Shown: positions 35,136 to 39,632 of the stretch, one piece after another
Layout of the letters: each line of letters begins with the position of its first letter
Position numbering within the stretch: the stretch's first letter is position 1
NCBI RefSeq assembly: GCF_001194135.2
Contig: NC_068993.1
Span: 30,852,249-30,891,880, forward strand
Direction: 5' to 3'
DNA: 39,632 nucleotides
From: Octopus bimaculoides
Taxonomy: Eukaryota
The notes under the pieces: generated by a model
The model's input: the letters and a program-made list of their open reading frames with translations, nothing else
Told to the model about the DNA's origin: nothing
Databases searched by the model: none
Position numbers and translations under genes: made by a program

Positions 35136-35490
35136 CATATGTGCGCTACATAGTGATCTCATATCAAGATAAACAGCGCATGACCTCGCAGGTGGGGCCC
35201 AGTTAGAATTTTCTTCATGTCGAGTAGCCCATCCCACTCAAAAGTTCCCTGAATAAGGTTTGTTTAAGGATGTTGAGCAAAACACCCATGTTTCCAAAGG
35301 TGAATTATTCAAACCCCAAATAATTCCTCTCAACGCATGGCTATGATGCTCCCCCACTACTTATGCTCATGATCAGAGATGCACATATCGTCAGCCACCA
35401 AGGGACATGCTCAACTGGTTATGGTCAAACAACTGACAAGCAAATCTGTGGTGTTAAGCAGAATATTTGCTGTAGCCCATCTTTCGTACC
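35136..35490. mobile_element. Interspersed repeat of unknown class
   Basis: A GC-richer block resembling a common octopus repeat as I recall it. No internal support. Confidence 0.35.
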
Positions 35491-36107
35491 AAAACTTTTA
35501 ATATTATCAGGGTTGTGGGTTGGATAATTGTTGATTGATGTCTCTTCACGTTATGAAGTCACACTTACCTTTCGTCATTAATGGAAAAATAAAACAAATT
35601 GCAGGCCACTGATATACAACAAGATTTTGTGAAATCCTCAGCGACAGTGCTATGAGTTATTCTATCAAATTAGATTGTTGACAGATAACCATATTTTCTC
35701 CCATAATATGGTCACATTCATTATGTTTTAAGAACAAGATATACGATGTTGTATAATTTATACTATGTATTAAACTATATTATATATTATATTTTACTCA
35801 AGCAAACAGTATATTGGTTCCAGCAAAGTATCGAAAGCAGTTTACAAACATTATTGGTTAATAAGAAAATAGAACGCTTACCATTGATGATTCAGTCACG
35901 GAATCAAAGCTGTTGACGTGAAGTTTGACCTTAACGACAGTTGGTTCATCTGCAAAAAACATATTGTACGATGAACATCATTTTCCAGACATTATTTCTC
36001 ATGAACAAACACACATACAACGTTAACAGTGAACGAGTGCAAACCGGCACAGCACCACATATGTATAAGCACTGATCTCCCGCACTACTTCCCTTTTCGT
36101 GTATGTG

Positions 36108-36182
<75 letters not shown>

Positions 36183-36225
36183 GTATCTATCTATCTATCT
36201 ATGTATCTATCTATCTATCTATCTG
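36108..36225. repeat. (TATC)n tetranucleotide microsatellite
   Basis: Direct reading of the sequence. Confidence 0.95.
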
Positions 36226-36579
36226 GTACGTGTAATGCAGATAATTCTCGGAAATCCAAGCACACACACACACATACATGCGCGCGCGCACACTTTTCGA
36301 TATTGTATTTTATTTGTGCTTGAGCCATCATGAGGTGAACATAAATATTGTTTTTGATTAATGATGAACCGTCAAAAACAGTAACATGCAAACAAGGCTA
36401 TGTATAATGGTGGTATTCTAAACCATAACTTTTATAAGCGTGTAATTTCTACTATTCATAAAGGGAGGTAACCGAGTATAACTGTCCCCAGGAAACTCCC
36501 ACACTCTTTTTTCCGCACATCAGTAGTACGAGTTCCTTAAGTTCTTATTCTTTTTTTAGCCCATAGGACTTGTTTTATA

Positions 36580-36957
36580 CATATTCCTTTATTTTTTACT
36601 TGTTTCAGTCATACTGGGACAATTTTTTGAAGAGTCTTAGCCGAATGAATCGACCCCAGGATTTACTACTAATTCTGTCGGTCTCTTTTGCCGAACCGCT
36701 AAGTTACAGGTTATCAAGCAGTGATGGAGTGAACAAGCACAGCCACAAACACCCTCCACACACACACATAGATACATACATACACACACACGCACATACA
36801 CACACATACCACGGGCCGCTTTCAATTTTCCACTTCCAAATTCACTCACAAGGTTTTGGTCGGCCCGAGGTTTTTGTAGAAAACACTTGCCAAATGTGCC
36901 ACGCAGTGGAACTGCATCCAGAATCTAACAGTTGGGAAGCAACCATACCTGTGCCCA
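36580..36957 (-). mobile_element. SINE family 1, decayed copy
   Basis: CTTGTTTCAGTCAT tail, GGTCTCTTTTGCCGAACCGCTAAGTTAC, and CACTCACAAGGTTTTGGTCGGCCCGAGG..GTGCCACGCAGTGG. Confidence 0.85.
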
Positions 36958-37319
36958 TATATACATACACGTGAGTGTGTGTGTGAGTGTATGTGAGTGT
37001 GTGTTTGTGTGTGTGTGCGTGTATCCTATTCGTTTTTTATATGTCCCTTCGCTGTTGGAGATAAGTTAGGGTAGTTGTACTACTAATGATGCCGACCGAG
37101 GTATAAAAATTATTTTATCCCCAGACGATAAGCCTGTCTATTTCCTCAATGGCCTGTTAATTCCTCAAAATTTTGGATTTTGAGATTGTCTCCCCTTCTC
37201 ATACGGAGCTGCTGCTGCCATCTGGCAATTACAACACATCCTATGGAGTCGCAGATAAATGTAATAAATCAAGAATTTGCTCTAATGCAGATATTTGATA
37301 TACCTCTACTTGGCTTTCA

Positions 37320-37331
37320 CTCTCTCTCACA

Positions 37332-37366
<35 letters not shown>

Positions 37367-37416
37367 TTTCTCTCTCTCTCTCTTACTTACTCTCTCTCTT
37401 TCTCTCTTTCTCTCTT

Positions 37417-37458
<42 letters not shown>

Positions 37459-37460
37459 TC
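37320..37460. repeat. (CT)n/(CA)n microsatellite
   Basis: Direct reading of the sequence. Confidence 0.9.
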
Positions 37461-38110
37461 TCACATGCACATGTCATAATCTATGCAGAGGGTTACAATT
37501 ATCAATGCATATAATTATGTATGTATGCTCTTTTGCAAGTATGATTTTGGTAGATGTGTATTATGTATGAAATATATACGTTGTATGAAGCATACTATGT
37601 ATGAAATATATATTGTTTAAAATACGCAATGCGCAAACATATTGGCCACATTCATGCATAAATGTGTGTATATTTTTGAGTAAGTGTGCGTGCATGCGTA
37701 AGTGTGGTGCATGCTCATAGCTATATGAGGGCTGCAGAAATACTTTCACACTCATCCACACACGCGCGAGCGCGCATTCGTATAGTCGTTGTACATGAGG
37801 AGAAAAAATCACAAAACAACAGAAAAGTTGTGTATGTTATTTCATTGACGGTGAATGATTCTTATTTACCGCATTTGTCGAAGCTAGTGTAGGTTTAAAG
37901 GTGAATATTAGAAGATAGACATTGGTGAAGCAATGTAAACGATTAGACTAAAGTAATGGAAGATTGAGAGTGTATAAAAGATGATCACAAAAGCAATCAC
38001 ATGAAATATCACATGAAACACGCTGTGGGTCCTCATGGCAGCAAATATTTCAAGGACTTTATATTACAATGAATATTAATCAGAATAACAAAATGCTCTG
38101 GAATATCAGT

Positions 38111-38167
<57 letters not shown>

Positions 38168-38258
38168 NNNNNNNNNNNNNNNNNNNNNNNNNNNNNNNNN
38201 NNNNNNNNNNNNNNNNNNNNNNNNNNNNNNNNNNNNNNNNNNNNNNNNNNNNNNNNNN

Positions 38259-38310
<52 letters not shown>

Positions 38311-38318
<8 letters not shown>

Positions 38319-38570
38319 GAAATTTTCAGAATGAGATGAAAATCCATGGCTGTGAAAGATTTTAGAACATTTATAAATGGAAGGACTTACAGCTGTTTCC
38401 AGGATATTTATTATATCCCTTCATCGGAGACGGTGTGAGAGAATGGTTAAGGAATAGTTAATTTAGATATGAAATATCCCGGAAACAGCTGTAAGACCTT
38501 CTATTTACAAATGTTCTCAAATCCTTCAAAGGCTTGGAATTTTATCGCATTCTGAAATTTTTTTATATAT
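38311..38570. repeat. Imperfect inverted repeat of Penelope pseudo-LTR sequence (arms about 38311-38417 and 38466-38570)
   Basis: The arms share TTACAGCTGTTTCCRGGATATTT and TTTCAGAATG, about 80% identical by eye. Both resemble 28431-28570. Confidence 0.85.
38383..38431 (-). ncRNA. Hammerhead-ribozyme motif, same family as 28433-28481
   Basis: The minus strand reads GTCT CCGATGA AG GGATAT-AATAA-ATATCC TG GAAA CAGCTG TA AGTC. Confidence 0.65.
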
Positions 38571-38940
38571 ACACATGCTGATATATGACCTACGTTGGAG
38601 TCCTTATTCGCATATTCACCGAACCTGGAGCTTAACTATCGTCAGTCCATAGCACTTAATGAGCATTACCTGACACTTTTGGGTCTTATTGACACCATTA
38701 CCGCTCATAACCTATATATATATATATATATATATATATTGTATAAAAGATCGTGGGGAAGGCCAAAACAATACGAAGTAAATGCAAGATAAATCACAAG
38801 AAAACAAACATTATTTCACAAATTTGCTTTCTTGTGATTTACCTTGCATTTACTTCGCATTGTTTTGGCCTTATCCACGATCCTTTATACAATATATTCT
38901 ACACAATGGTTCATAGTAATTATCCCATTATAATATATTC

Positions 38941-39345
38941 TCTTTTACTCGTTTACTTGTTTCAGTCATTTGCCTGCGGCCATGCTGGAGCACCGCCTTT
39001 AGTCGAGCAAAGCGACCCAGGACTTATTCTTTGTAAGCCTAGTACTTATTCTACCGGTCTCTTTTGCGGTACCGCTAAGTTACGGGGACGTAAACACACC
39101 AGCATCGGTTGTCAAGTGATGTTGGGGGGACAAACGCAGACACACAAACATATACACACACATGCATATATATACATATGTACGACGGGCTTCTTTCAGT
39201 TTCCATCTACGAAATCCACTTACAAGTCTGTGGTTGGCCCGAGGCTATAGTAGAAGACATTCACCCAAGGTGCCACGCAGTGGGACAGAACCCGGAACCA
39301 TGTGGTTGGTAATCACGCTACTTACCACACAGCCACACCTACGCT
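38941..39345 (-). mobile_element. SINE family 1, best-preserved full-length copy
   Basis: tRNA-like head (TGGCTGTGTGG A box, GGTTCTGTCCC B box), central (TA/TG) microsatellite, 3' body and GTAAAAGA tail. Confidence 0.9.
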
Positions 39346-39508
39346 AAACGCAAATATATATATATATATATAATAATTTTCCAGAGGAAGTAGCAACCGT
39401 TACCAATATAGCATAAGAACTTACCTTAGGGGATCATTAACTAGATTCCTTAAGGGTCGTTCTCAAAGTTCATATTTATATTATAAGGTTTTCAACTTTA
39501 AAATTTTT

Positions 39509-39629
39509 ATATTCAAAAGAGACAGAGACTTCAAACTCGATATATCGATTTATTCACCACAGAAATGTGAACATAGAGTGGTGAATAAATCGATATATCG
39601 AGTTTGAAGTCTCTGTCTCTTTTGAATAT
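39509..39629. repeat. Perfect inverted repeat: 52-bp arms, 17-nt spacer
   Basis: 39509-39560 is the exact reverse complement of 39578-39629. Confidence 0.97.
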
Positions 39630-39632
39630 GAA

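Noticed and set aside
135-39347. Dozens of ORFs made of poly-L/I/N/K/S/R or CV/YI/HT repeats, or spanning N gaps
   Set aside because: They are translations of microsatellites and assembly gaps, not genes.

Overview
AT-rich animal genomic DNA from a gapped draft assembly with many N runs. The SINE sequences resemble octopus repeats as I recall them, so a cephalopod (probably Octopus) source is an inference. I found no intact, identifiable host gene. Nearly all listed ORFs are microsatellite artefacts or decayed transposon frames. The window is a transposon graveyard. (1) Five pieces of R4/Dong-clade non-LTR retrotransposons (RT, CCHC knuckle, PD-(D/E)xK endonuclease), all on the minus strand and mostly bounded by (TAA)n or (GAA)n. 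(2) Two convergent Penelope-like elements with GIY-YIG endonucleases, one decayed but near full length between pseudo-LTRs. (3) An RTE-clade RT fragment, two Helitrons, a mariner-type MITE and many tRNA-derived SINEs. The most interesting signals are: a 148-bp tandem array plus fold-back copy whose unit carries a minimal hammerhead-ribozyme fold (retrozyme- or pseudo-LTR-like); further hammerhead motifs of a second family; a (TTAGGG)3 tract exactly at the junction where a Dong element lost its RT core, and a neighbouring Dong element whose RT is replaced by (TAA)n; and a perfect 52-bp-arm hairpin at the window end. I cannot claim a new biological system. These are candidates for follow-up, and assembly artefacts are a real alternative for several.
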